Part shown: one piece after another, positions 10,414 to 20,699 of the stretch | Numbering within the stretch: position 1 is the first letter of the stretch | Layout: each line of letters opens with the position of its first letter | Origin: Candidatus Bathyarchaeota archaeon | GTDB taxonomy: Archaea; Thermoproteota; Bathyarchaeia; 40CM-2-53-6; RBG-13-38-9 | DNA: 64,000 nucleotides | NCBI GenBank assembly: GCA_963807605.1 | Contig: CAWECG010000003.1 | Span: forward strand, 896,001 to 960,000 | Reading direction: 5' to 3' | The notes under the pieces: model-generated | Databases searched by the model: none | What the model saw: only the letters and a program-made list of their open reading frames with translations | What the model was told of the DNA's origin: nothing | Translations under genes and position numbers: made by a program

Positions 10414-11478
10414 TTGGGCTGGAGCTATAAGAAAGCAGGCGTGGACCGTGACAAGATAAGAACAGCACACTCAACAATCGCAGAACTAATCCAGAGAACG
10501 TACAAGGTGAGAAAAGGAGAGTTTGGAGAAGTTCTTGCTGGATTCGGCCACTATGCATCCCTTATTGATATAGGTGAGGGAAGAGCCCTAGCCCTTCATT
10601 CCGACGGATGTGGAACCAAAGTCATCATCGCCCAGCTAATGAACAGATTCAGCACTATAGGTATAGACTGTGTCGCGATGTGCGTCAACGATCTCGTGTG
10701 CCTTGGAGCCGAGCCAACAACGTTAATCGACTATCTAGCGTTGGAGCGTCCGGACGACGCCATGGTAAACGAAATTATGGTAGGATTAGTCGAGGCCGCA
10801 GATAAAACAAGAATCACAATAATTGGCGGTGAGACGGCAATAATGCCTGATGTAATAAAGAGCGTTGTGCCGGGACGAGGATTTGATCTAGCAGCATTCT
10901 GTCTGGGCTTGGTCAGGAAAGACCAAATAGTGTGGGGAAACCGCCTTGAGCCGGACGATGTAATCCTTGGACTTAGGAGTAGCGGGGTACACAGTAATGG
11001 TCTCTCACTTGCAAGGAAAGTACTACTTGACGAGGCTAAACTTGATCTCAAGAAGAAGCCTCAAGAACTGCAACGAACCCTTGGAGAGGAACTTCTCGAA
11101 CCTACAACTATCTACCTAGAAGCCGTCATTCACGCAATTGAGAATTCTGATGTACACGCAGTAGCTCACATAACCGGAGGAGCCTTTACCAAGCTCAAAC
11201 GGTTCGAATCCTATTCCAAAGTTGGCTTCCGCCTAGATAAGATGCCTGAACCCCAACCCATCTTCAGACTGATACAGAAGCTAGGAAGGATAACCGATGA
11301 GGAGATGTATAGAACCTTCAACATGGGGATCGGCCTGTGCATCATGACCCCAAAGAAACATGTCAAAGAAGTAACGAAATCTTGCGAGGCCTCAGGTTTT
11401 GAGACCTATGATATTGGAAAAGTCACCGCCAAATCTGGAGTAAGCCTTGATTTGAGAGGCAGAACTATCACCCTGTAA
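10414..11478 (+). CDS. purM: AIR synthetase PurM
   Basis: YKKAGVD, DGCGTK, VAMCVND, GGETA, SSGVHSNG, HITGG, TFNMGIG; likely TTG start at 10414. Confidence 0.96.
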   Translation: MGWSYKKAGVDRDKIRTAHSTIAELIQRTYKVRKGEFGEVLAGFGHYASLIDIGEGRALALHSDGCGTKVIIAQLMNRFSTIGIDCVAMCVNDLVCLGAEPTTLIDYLALERPDDAMVNEIMVGLVEAADKTRITIIGGETAIMPDVIKSVVPGRGFDLAAFCLGLVRKDQIVWGNRLEPDDVILGLRSSGVHSNGLSLARKVLLDEAKLDLKKKPQELQRTLGEELLEPTTIYLEAVIHAIENSDVHAVAHITGGAFTKLKRFESYSKVGFRLDKMPEPQPIFRLIQKLGRITDEEMYRTFNMGIGLCIMTPKKHVKEVTKSCEASGFETYDIGKVTAKSGVSLDLRGRTITL

Positions 11479-11575
11479 AGGAGAAAGTCGACAATACTCT
11501 TGACATGAACTAGGCAAGTCAGGTAGACTTATATCGTGACCTCATTGCCATTCTTGTGGCTTTGGGGTAGAGTTA

Positions 11576-12958
11576 TTGATTTACGATGTCACAATCGTCG
11601 GCTGCGGCCCTGCTGGCATCTTTTCGGCGCTTGAACTCACAGATCGAACAGATTTGCACATTCTAATGCTCGATATGGGACCACAGTTAGAACAACGAAG
11701 ATGCTCAGCTGACCGTGGATTCGGATGCGTAAGATGCAAACCCTGCTCCCTACTTACGGGCTGGGGAGGTTCCGGCGCCTTCAGTGACGGGAAACTTACA
11801 CTCTCAACGAAGGTAGGAGGTTGGCTTGACGAATATGTCGATGCGGCTGAGTTGAATAAACTCATAGACTATGTTGACAACATTTATGTGAAATTTGGAG
11901 CTCCTAAACACCTCTACGGGACCGACCTGGGAAAGATCAACGAAATAGAGAGAAAAGCAGCCCTTGCAGGGCTAAAATTGATTCCATCTCGAATACGACA
12001 TCTAGGAACAGAGAACTGCACCCGTATCCTTAGCAAGACCAAACAAGCTCTTCAGAAAAATATCGAGATTCGAACAGGAACTGAGGTTAAGAGCCTAACA
12101 GTGAAGGAGGGGGAGATAAGAGGTGTCGAGACTACAGATGGAGAGAAGATCGAAAGTAAATATGTCATCGTGGCTCCCGGCAGAGTAGGGGCAGAATGGC
12201 TGACAGCCGAGGCCCAAATGCTTGGTCTCAAAACGCTCAACAATCCTGTTGACTTGGGAGTTCGAGTTGAGGTCCCAGCCGCTGTCCTAAACGAGTTGAC
12301 TGAAGCACTCTACGAGCCCAAATTCATTTACTACTCAAGATCCTTCGATGACATGGTTAGAACATTTTGCATGAATCCTTCAGGAGAAGTCATCACAGAG
12401 AATTACAGCGACATAGTCACAGTTAACGGCCAGAGTTACGCTGAGAAGAAGACAGGAAACACAAACTTCGCCATACTGGTAAGCACAAAGTTTACGGAAC
12501 CTTTCAGGGAACCAATAGCCTATGGCAAGTACATAGCTAGGCTCGCAAATCTGTTGGGAGGCGGTATCTTGGTCCAGCGGCTTGGAGATCTCGAAGCAGG
12601 CAGAAGGTCAACCGAAGAAAGACTGGCGCGAAACCTAGTCGTCCCAACCTTAAAATTTGCGACGCCTGGTGACCTTAGCTTCATTCTACCATATCGGTAC
12701 CTTGAAGACATAAAGGAAATGCTTCAGGCCATGGACAAAGTTTCTCCCGGCGTGTATGCTAAACATACCCTGCTGTATGGGGTTGAAGTGAAATTCTACT
12801 CATCGAGACTTGAGTTGAATAATAGTTTCGAGACGAAAGTTCGAAATCTATTTGCTATAGGGGACGGAGCTGGAATAACAAGAGGATTAATCCAAGCATC
12901 CGCCTCGGGCGTGGTTGCTGCAAGAGAGATTGAAAAAAGAGAGAAAAAAGCAGCATAA
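11576..12958 (+). CDS. FAD/NAD(P)-dependent oxidoreductase (uncharacterised, with a Cys-rich N-terminal segment)
   Basis: GCGPAG Rossmann motif, CxxCxPC...GWGGSGAFSDGKL, VDLGVRVE, GDGAGITRG. Confidence 0.8.
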   Translation: MIYDVTIVGCGPAGIFSALELTDRTDLHILMLDMGPQLEQRRCSADRGFGCVRCKPCSLLTGWGGSGAFSDGKLTLSTKVGGWLDEYVDAAELNKLIDYVDNIYVKFGAPKHLYGTDLGKINEIERKAALAGLKLIPSRIRHLGTENCTRILSKTKQALQKNIEIRTGTEVKSLTVKEGEIRGVETTDGEKIESKYVIVAPGRVGAEWLTAEAQMLGLKTLNNPVDLGVRVEVPAAVLNELTEALYEPKFIYYSRSFDDMVRTFCMNPSGEVITENYSDIVTVNGQSYAEKKTGNTNFAILVSTKFTEPFREPIAYGKYIARLANLLGGGILVQRLGDLEAGRRSTEERLARNLVVPTLKFATPGDLSFILPYRYLEDIKEMLQAMDKVSPGVYAKHTLLYGVEVKFYSSRLELNNSFETKVRNLFAIGDGAGITRGLIQASASGVVAAREIEKREKKAA

Positions 12959-13028
12959 ACTTCACTCACTTCTGAAAAACCAACGCTCGATCTTTTGGTA
13001 TGCCATCAGAAGCATTTCCACCTAATGA

Positions 13029-13140
13029 TGGTGGGGCGGGCGGGACATTCATGGTGCTGTCACCATTTTGAACCCGCGATCTCCGGCTCTCTCGCTAAGA
13101 CCCGAGACCGGGATCTTAGACCAAGCTGGACCACCGCCCC
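13029..13140 (-). tRNA. tRNA-Pro(CGG) with two introns (37/38 and T-loop 59/60) and encoded CCA
   Basis: GGGGCGG acceptor stem; CCGGT-CT-CGG-G[12-nt intron 13089-13100]A-GCCGG; GCGGG-TTCAAA[21-nt intron 13046-13066]T-CCCGC; ACCA end. Both introns form bulge-helix-bulge motifs. Confidence 0.93.
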
Positions 13141-13424
13141 GGACTGATGAACTAAGTGCATCAGCTTTAAAGGCGTTGTCGCTACGAAATTCAATGGTCT
13201 TGGAACAAACGCTGAAGCTAGACCGGCAGCTATAGTGCTATCTTTAGTTAGGGCCCGGGAGAGCCCGAATAGGAGAAAAGAAAAGCAAGGAAGATTATTC
13301 TACACGCTGTCGAAATAATCCAATAAACATTGAATTGAGAGTCTGCCGGTGAACACGTCAAAGCAACTCCACGAGTAATTAAGCATAGCTCCAAAGCCTC
13401 GTTACTTCTTCCTCAATTAATAGA

Positions 13425-13487
13425 ATGTAGCTAGTTTGACCTACAAATGCTACTATGTAACACACATCTACAAATTGTTGGTAGATG
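13425..13487. promoter_or_regulatory. Candidate operator upstream of the wHTH-NrdD-like gene
   Basis: Inverted repeat CATCTAC-N9-GTAGATG (13465-13487), CTACAAAT at 13441 and 13468, and TGTAG-N10-CTACA. Confidence 0.3.
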
Positions 13488-13550
13488 AGCCATATGCACA
13501 AACCTTGTCAAGATTACTGACTTGAGGAAAGTGTACTTTACTGGAACAAA

Positions 13551-15876
13551 TTGTTTATTCTTTTAAACAAACCTGATGCTAGACCGCCAATAAGAGGATC
13601 CGCATTGTCTTTGCCTTTCGAGAAGTCTGGAGTTGATATTCTTAATGCTGCCTCCTCACCCGTCAGGTTACGAATACTGAAACTGCTAAAGTCTAGGGGG
13701 CCCCTACCCTATACAGAAGTGATGTCCACACTCGGACTCGATCCGATAAGAGATGCTGGTAAATTCGTCTACCACCTCAAGAGTGTAACTGGAACCCGCT
13801 TGGTCGCACTTGATAAGAACTCAAAAAAATATGCGATAACAGAGCTTGGCGAGATAGTAGTCAGTTTTGAGAGGGACTTGGAAGAGTACGTTGCAGCGAA
13901 GAAAGGGAAGCTTTATGTCAGAACATCTAGGTTATCGCTAGAAGAATTTGAGCGGGAGAAGATAGTAAACTCGCTTGTAAGCGAGGCTGGTGTCCCCTAC
14001 GAGCTGGCCCAAGAGATAGCTGCAGAGGCTGAAGAGAGGCTACTAAGGCTTAGAACGAGTTATTTGACAGCACCCTTGATAAGGGAATTCATTAATGCAA
14101 TACTCATTGAGAAAAGGCTTGAGGACTATCGACATAAACTTACAAGATTAGGGATGCCCGTATACGATGTTTCGGAGCTACTGAAGTACTCAAGCGAGAA
14201 GATGCTTAACGCCCAAGCTGTAAAAGATACCGCTGGCAGTTCAGTCATCGAAGAGTATGTCCTTCTAAATTCTCTTCCGAGAAATATTGCTGATGCTCAT
14301 CTCTCTGGAGCCTTGCATATTGACAATCTGGGAGAATGGATTCTCAGGCCAAGCGAGGTGTTACATGATCTCCCGATTCTTCTTCAAGCATGGTCTGCCA
14401 ACAAAGAAGGCTCCAAGGACATTCCAAAGTGCCTTAGCGATGGCACAACTAGTCTATCAACTTGCAAGAAATGAAGTAGCTAGCGAACAATGCTTTGACA
14501 TGTTCAATGTATTCTTAGCTCCATTTGCGTCAAAACTCTCAAAGGAGCAAATAAAAGATGCACTCTATCAATTCTTCACAAGTATCAGACAGGATGCTTA
14601 TTCATATGACTTCAATAATGGTCTCTCCTTGGGTTTCGAAGTTAACGTCCCAAGATTCCTCGATAACACTAAGGTAATAGGACCCGAAGGTTCCAGTCTA
14701 GAAAAGTACTCTGATTACGTCGAGGTGGCGGATGAGATTCTTGAGGCAGCAGTAGACATCGCAACTGAGGTGTCTCAAGAGAAGCCTCTTTTCAATCCTC
14801 GTTTCATAATCAAGTTAAGGGGCACGGAATCAGGGGGCAAAAGACATGACAGCCTAATGATGAAGATCCATCAACTCGCAACTAAGACTTTCCTTCCATA
14901 CTTTGCAAATCTGGAAGATGACGAAAAAGCCGCTTATACTGCTACAGGCTTGAGAATTGATAACTCTTGGACTGGTAATTGGGAAGACGATTGTATGAGA
15001 ACAGGCAATGCAGATAGCATCTTTCTCAATCTCCCTAGAATAGCTTACGAATCACGTAGAAAGATCGATAGATTCCAAAGCATACTTGAAATGCATCTTA
15101 ATCTCGCGAGCGAAGCTCTCCAACGAAAGAGCGAGATTCTCAAAGAGAGGCTTCAACAATCGCTTCTTCCACTTCTATCGGGGGTCAACGGAGACTCCTA
15201 TTTTATCGAGAAGAACTCAACGTATGCAATAAGTTTCCTAGGGCTGAATGAAGCTGTCAAAACGTTCATAGAATCACCCCTGATTGGAAGCGAGAGAGCC
15301 TTAGAATTCGCTTCGAAAATAATGAAATGGATAGGTGACTTCGCGGAGTCTGCCTCAAAGAAGTCAGGCAATCGGTTTGTTGTAGCACAGAGACCCCAAG
15401 ATGAGGCTTCCTTCAGGCTCGCCAAACTTGACATTGCGAAATATGGTCCGGGGCAGATTGCGAGCGAAGGAATCAGGGATTATCCATACTATACAGACTT
15501 GTTTACAGTACCGCTTTCAGCAAAAATAGATCTCAAAGAGCGAATATCTCTGGAGAGCAAGTTCCAGGAGAGTTCTTCTGGAGGACACCTAGCGTCTATC
15601 TGTCTAGCTCCGATAGAACAGGATCCCAAACAACTAATCAATTTGACAGAACAATTGTGCAATGGTAAGTTGCATTTCTTCACCTACACCAGTAATCTTT
15701 CCTACTGCAAAAGATGCAACAAGACATTTCTTGGCACGGCTTCAACATGCCCTCAATGTGGCTCCACAAACCTCATAGTATTCGGAAGATCGTCGGCAAC
15801 CTACATGCCACTTGAGCTGTGGCCCGAAGCTAAGAGAAGAGATATCGAGAGCAGAACCATATATTCCATATCTTAA
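13551..15876 (+). CDS. wHTH + ATP-cone + degenerate class III ribonucleotide reductase (NrdD-like) fusion; one +1 frameshift at about 14372
   Basis: ArsR-like N-terminus (SSPVRLRILKLL...GKFVYHLK); archaeal NrdD cone (VRTS...YLTAPLIRE...TRLGMPVYD); AHLSGALHI, RTGN...LNLPRIA, SFLGLNEA, GGH and CxxC-CxxC Zn site. Removing one C from CTCCCGA joins the two ORFs as HDL-RFFFKHGL. Confidence 0.85.
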
Positions 15877-15895
15877 ATTAGATTGACGACCATCA

Positions 15896-16816
15896 TCAGG
15901 CAGAGCCAAGCAAAAGACTGAGCAGCCCCATCCTGACGAGAAGGCCGTACCATACTTGCTTGAAGTATCTTGCATGAGAGGTGTTGTCCACATCAGCATC
16001 AACTTCGTCGACTCTAGGTAGCGGGTGCATCACAATGGAATTCCTCTTTGCATCTCTCAGATCCGCCTGAGCAAGTCTGTATGACCCCCTAACAGCCTCA
16101 TACTCGGCTGGGTCGGCAAATCTCTCCTTCTGTATACGAGTCATATAGATAACATCAACCTCATTCAGGATACTCTTGAGATCTTTTCCTTCCTCAACAT
16201 CTATGTTGCGGCCAATATCCTCAAGCACCTCTCTTCTCATCCTCAAGAGATCAGGCGATATCAGGAATAGTCTAACGTTTTTGTAAAGAGCCAGGGCGTA
16301 AGCAAGAGAATGGACAGTTCTACCATATCGAAGGTCGCCTACCATAGCAACCTTCAAGCCATCTACTGAGCCACACTCACGTTTCATGGTGTAAATGTCA
16401 AGGATCGCTTGGGTCGGATGTTCTTCGGAGCCTGAGCCAGCATTTATTACAGGGACACTTGCAACTTCACCTGCTAAACGTGAGGCCCCCTCTAAGGGAT
16501 GTCTGATCACCAGAACGTCGGCGTAGTTTTCGACAACCTTGACGGTATCTGAGAGGTTCTCGCCCTTCTGGATTGATGCTGTACCAGGTTCAGCAAAACC
16601 TAGGCTCGTTCCTCCCAAGCGATACATTGCGGACTCAAAACTCAATTTCGTCCTTGTGCTCGGTTCGAAGAAAAGTGTAGCCATTATCTTTCCTCGAAGC
16701 ATATCGGAACCTTTTCTTGCTTGGGGCTCCATCTCATCTGCGATTGAGAGCATGTGATCGAGTTCAGCTCTTGTGAAATCTCGTATCGAAATAATGTCTT
16801 TTCCACTGAGATCCAT
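15896..16816 (-). CDS. pyrB: Aspartate carbamoyltransferase, catalytic subunit
   Basis: FFEPSTRT, HPTQ, GDLRYGRTVHS, YMTRIQKERF, MHPLPR. Confidence 0.97.
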   Translation of the reverse strand: MDLSGKDIISIRDFTRAELDHMLSIADEMEPQARKGSDMLRGKIMATLFFEPSTRTKLSFESAMYRLGGTSLGFAEPGTASIQKGENLSDTVKVVENYADVLVIRHPLEGASRLAGEVASVPVINAGSGSEEHPTQAILDIYTMKRECGSVDGLKVAMVGDLRYGRTVHSLAYALALYKNVRLFLISPDLLRMRREVLEDIGRNIDVEEGKDLKSILNEVDVIYMTRIQKERFADPAEYEAVRGSYRLAQADLRDAKRNSIVMHPLPRVDEVDADVDNTSHARYFKQVWYGLLVRMGLLSLLLGSA

Positions 16817-17041
16817 TCGTGACCCTCAGATCATGATGCTTGCTTTGGATAAATAACTTAAAGGTCACGCAACGAGATTAAATTCCAATTGGAATACTAT
16901 GTTCAGCATAGTTTAAGAAAATAGGTTCATTAAAAGGACCCATCTTAACCTAGATTGGATATCGCCTAAGACACTTGATAAGAACGTAGAACACGTTCAT
17001 GTCATTATGTAGTCTTAAGACCTGTGTTGAGGATGAAATGA

Positions 17042-18217
17042 GTGGAAGAAGGATCTGGAAGAATAGTCAAAACACAACGCTTTACCTTTGCTCATAAACC
17101 AAACGAGATGGTTCTCGAAAGTGGAAGAAGACTCGGGCCTATCACTCTAGCCTATGAGACGTATGGAAGACCTGATTCAAGGAAGAGCAATGCCATACTC
17201 ATCTTTCACGCTCTCTCAGGCGACGCTCACGTCGCGGGCAAACATCGCCAGAGTGACCCTAAACCGGGTTGGTGGGACAACATGGTTGGTCATGGAAAGG
17301 CTTTCGATACTGACAGATATTATGTAATCTGTGCCAATGTCATAGGCGGATGCAAAGGTTCAACAGGCCCTAGCTCAATAAACCCCAAGACTGGTAAGCC
17401 TTACGGGCTCAGCTTCCCCATGGTCACGATAAGAGACATGGTGAAAGCACAGAAAGAACTTATTGATAACCTAGGTATTCATCAGCTGCTTGCCGTGGTT
17501 GGGGGATCGATGGCGGGTATGCAAGCACTACAATGGGCAATTACATACCCCGATCGCGTAGCTCTTTGCATTCCCATTGCTACAGCAACTAAACAGTCAC
17601 CGCAGAACATAGCCCTCGACGAGGTTGGGCGTAGAGCAATCATGAGCGATCCCAATTGGAACCATGGAAATTACTATGGAAGGAAGCAACCTGTAAATGG
17701 TCTAGCTGTGGCTAGAATGATTGGCCACATAACTTATCTGAGTGATGAGACTCTGCGCATAAAGTTTGGTCGTAGGCTCCAAGAAAAAAAGAGACTCAGC
17801 TTCAGTTTCAAACCTGAGTTTCAAGTCGAAAGCTACATCCATTACAAGGGTGAAACCTTTACCAAGAGGTTCGATGCCAATTCCTATCTCTACATCTCTA
17901 AAGCGATAGACTACTTCGACATATCAAATGGTTACGGTTCTCTTGAGACAGCTCTGAAAATCACAAAGACAAAATTTCTTGTGTTCTCTTTCAGCTCGGA
18001 CTGGCTTTACCCACCCTCGGAGTCTGAAGAACTAGTTGCTGGCCTGCGAGCAGCAAACAAAGAGGTGGCATACTATGAGATACCTTCAAGCTATGGACAT
18101 GACGCCTTCTTAGTTGAGGGTGAGAAAATAACGCATTTGATCTCATACTACCTCGCTCACGCACGAGAGAAAGAACGACTGGAGAGCTATCAAGTTGAGA
18201 ATCAGCCGCTCAGCTAA
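17042..18217 (+). CDS. metX: Homoserine O-acetyltransferase
   Basis: [36 protein letters not shown]. Confidence 0.94.
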   Translation: MEEGSGRIVKTQRFTFAHKPNEMVLESGRRLGPITLAYETYGRPDSRKSNAILIFHALSGDAHVAGKHRQSDPKPGWWDNMVGHGKAFDTDRYYVICANVIGGCKGSTGPSSINPKTGKPYGLSFPMVTIRDMVKAQKELIDNLGIHQLLAVVGGSMAGMQALQWAITYPDRVALCIPIATATKQSPQNIALDEVGRRAIMSDPNWNHGNYYGRKQPVNGLAVARMIGHITYLSDETLRIKFGRRLQEKKRLSFSFKPEFQVESYIHYKGETFTKRFDANSYLYISKAIDYFDISNGYGSLETALKITKTKFLVFSFSSDWLYPPSESEELVAGLRAANKEVAYYEIPSSYGHDAFLVEGEKITHLISYYLAHAREKERLESYQVENQPLS

Positions 18218-18293
18218 CTCATCTGAGAAGCAAGGGTACACATACAAGTTATACTCACATATGTTTACTACAACAATTTGATAGTGAAGGTTC

Positions 18294-18767
18294 ATGTTTC
18301 AATCTGGCAGAGCTGAACTCTACGTAAAGAAGATTAGGAATGGGACTGTCATAGACCACATCTCTGCTGGCTATGCTCTTGATGTGCTGAAGATACTGAA
18401 CATCACAGGCAAAGAAAGTAACACAGTTGGCGTTGTCATGAATGTCCCAAGTAAAAACATTGGAAAGAAAGATATCGTGAAGATCGAGGGTGGAGAGCTA
18501 AAGGCGGAAGATGTTGATAAAATAGCACTGATATCACCAAAAGCCACGATAAACATCATTCGCGAATATGATGTTGTAGACAAGAAGAAAGTCAGCCTGC
18601 CCAAAGATATCAAGGGAATAGTCAAGTGTAGCAATCCCTCCTGCATATTAAATTCTAAAGAGCCTGTAAACTCCCTCTTTCACGTTCAAGATGTGGAGCC
18701 TATCCGGCTCCGTTGCCACTACTGCAATAGAACGATGGAAAAGAAGGACATACTCAAACAGTTCTAG
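18294..18767 (+). CDS. pyrI: Aspartate carbamoyltransferase, regulatory subunit
   Basis: IRNGTVIDHI, KKDIVKIE, ATINII, CSNPSC...RCHYC. Confidence 0.96.
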   Translation: MFQSGRAELYVKKIRNGTVIDHISAGYALDVLKILNITGKESNTVGVVMNVPSKNIGKKDIVKIEGGELKAEDVDKIALISPKATINIIREYDVVDKKKVSLPKDIKGIVKCSNPSCILNSKEPVNSLFHVQDVEPIRLRCHYCNRTMEKKDILKQF

Positions 18768-18831
18768 GATAAGTCTACAAGAAAAAAAGAAGATTTAAAG
18801 GAACAACGTACGTTAGGCATAGAATTACAAT

Positions 18832-19191
18832 TTGGTTGAGTCATTAATGACCACCATAGGAGTGCTAGCCGATCAGGAAACTGCTACCTACCTCAAGATA
18901 ACCGGGATAAAAAATAGCTTTCCGGTCAACAGCGGAGAGGAGGCCGAGGAGAAATTAACCAAACTGCTTCAAGATCAGGATATTTCTCTTATACTGGTTA
19001 CAGAGGAAGTGAATGATTGGTTGGGCTCTACCCTCAGCAGGGTTCGAAGAAGCAGAGAATACCCTTTGATAGTATCTATTCCCGGAAAAGGGGGAAAGAA
19101 ACCCCGCATAGACCTGCTTGCAGATTTGGTGAAGAAGACAGTCGGCATAGAGATAAAGATAGGACAAGAGACAGCACACTCACGTAAGTGA
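18832..19191 (+). CDS. atpF: A/V-type ATP synthase subunit F (stand-alone)
   Basis: IGVLADQET...GI, ISLILVTE, PLIVSIP, LVKKTVGIEI. Confidence 0.8.
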   Translation: MVESLMTTIGVLADQETATYLKITGIKNSFPVNSGEEAEEKLTKLLQDQDISLILVTEEVNDWLGSTLSRVRRSREYPLIVSIPGKGGKKPRIDLLADLVKKTVGIEIKIGQETAHSRK

Positions 19192-19226
19192 TTGGTCATA
19201 AATAAGTTCCTTGATATGTCTGCCTT

Positions 19227-19455
19227 TCAGTAAGGTTCAGAATGAATCTTGACAGTAGAGTCAGGGAAGGCATCTTTCAGCTCCTCCTCTACGTGGCTTA
19301 GTACTCGGTGCACTGCCTAAACTATCAAATGCAGCATGTGATGCATCACCTAAGAGCGCGAAACTGTTGGCTATCAGGCCTGCCGTAGACTCTAGCAACT
19401 ACGCTTGTTATCAACACAAGGGAGATTTCAGCGCACTTACGTTGGTATATTTCAT
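19227..19455 (-). pseudogene. Cation diffusion facilitator (CDF) relic with a large internal deletion
   Basis: Manual translation across frameshifts gives the CDF N-terminus (SLVLITSVV..ESTAGLIANSFALLGDASHAAFDSL) joined directly to the CDF C-terminus (VHRVLSHVEEELKDAFPDSTVKIHSEPY*). Confidence 0.7.
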
Positions 19456-19574
19456 TCCAGCCAACTTTACCGTGAACTGTAGGGAGGGAGATTGCGGGAC
19501 ATCAAAACGAGTCAATGTAGACGCTATCCGCTGGCCATGCTCGCATCATTACTGTACTTTCTTGGCAAATGATA

Positions 19575-20186
19575 CTATCGAGAAGCTACTTTCAGAGCAG
19601 TATCTAACCGATTGTTCACAATACTCCAGTTGACGTTCTCAAAAAATGCATCTATGTAGGGTCCCCTCTTAGGTCCTTGGTCTGTGTAGTAGGCGTGCTC
19701 GTATACATCCAAGACCAATAACGGAATCGCGTTCAAAAATCCGTACGTGTTGTGGGCATCCAATCCGTTGTTCATGAGCCTTTTGCTGGAAAGATCGTAT
19801 ACAAGGACAGCCCAGCCCCTTAGCGCCGTCCCACATGCCTTGAAGTCCTCTTTCCACTTATCGAATGATCCGAAGGTCTCATCTATCATTTGGGTTAGCC
19901 TAGTTCCACGCTGTGTTCCTTGGCCCCCCTTTATGTTCTCAAAGTAGAGTTCATGGAGAACCACTCCCATCCAGTTAAAACTCTCTTCAACCTTCAGTGC
20001 TCTGTAATCACTATAGTTCTGGTTCGCCTTGCTACGATCGACAGTCTGCTGTTTTTCCCATATCTCGTTTATCTTGTTGACGTATCCTTTGTAATGTGTC
20101 TCAAAATGGTACTCTATCTGTTGATCGGAGATTACCTTCAATCCTTTAGGTTTGAGTCCGTCTTTAGGAGCTATCTTTACGGCCAT
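19575..20186 (-). CDS. sod: Fe/Mn superoxide dismutase
   Basis: HFETHYKGYV, LHELYF, FGSFDKW, GWAVL, LDVYEHAYY. Confidence 0.93.
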   Translation of the reverse strand: MAVKIAPKDGLKPKGLKVISDQQIEYHFETHYKGYVNKINEIWEKQQTVDRSKANQNYSDYRALKVEESFNWMGVVLHELYFENIKGGQGTQRGTRLTQMIDETFGSFDKWKEDFKACGTALRGWAVLVYDLSSKRLMNNGLDAHNTYGFLNAIPLLVLDVYEHAYYTDQGPKRGPYIDAFFENVNWSIVNNRLDTALKVASR

Positions 20187-20699
20187 ATTTTTTTCACCTC
20201 AGGTATCGGTGTGGCGTGACGTGACCATTCTGCTTGGTCAAAGTCGAGTTATAATATAACATAGTATTAACCGCAATTGACAGCGAAAGCCATTGTGCCA
20301 GCGTCGCCTTTGAAGCGGTGCCTCCTTGCAGCTTTCGGTCTGGTCAAACCACACACACGATATCTAATGGCTTCTCATTTAATAAAGACTTTTGAAAGGT
20401 GCCATTCGTGGACAATCTCTTCATAATTGTTTCCTTTGACTTAATCGTTAGTAATGGGGAGTACGCTTGCAAGACGGTAGAATCTGAATGACCCTCGGAG
20501 GCGGCTTCTCGGGGAAACAAGCTAACGTAAGAAAAACGAATCTATGTGAAATAAGGAAAGGTTCACTTGAAATATTCTGAACTCTACCCCCTTCCATTTC
20601 AGGTATTCCAAAAGGAATTGTTGTCCCAGTCAAGTACTAATATAGGAATAATGTAGCAAAGGGGAACCTAAATCGGAAACCAGTTTCACTTACGGTGGT

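Noticed and set aside
14287-15876. Stand-alone active anaerobic RNR (nrdD)
   Set aside because: It is the frameshifted continuation of the upstream ORF and lacks the radical Gly and catalytic Cys motifs.
19367-19633. 88-aa plus-strand ORF
   Set aside because: Antisense to the CDF relic and the end of sod; no protein-like features.
20455-20480. GGGGAGTACGCTTGCAAGAC resembles a conserved 16S rRNA segment
   Set aside because: The match is short and imperfect, with no flanking rRNA similarity.
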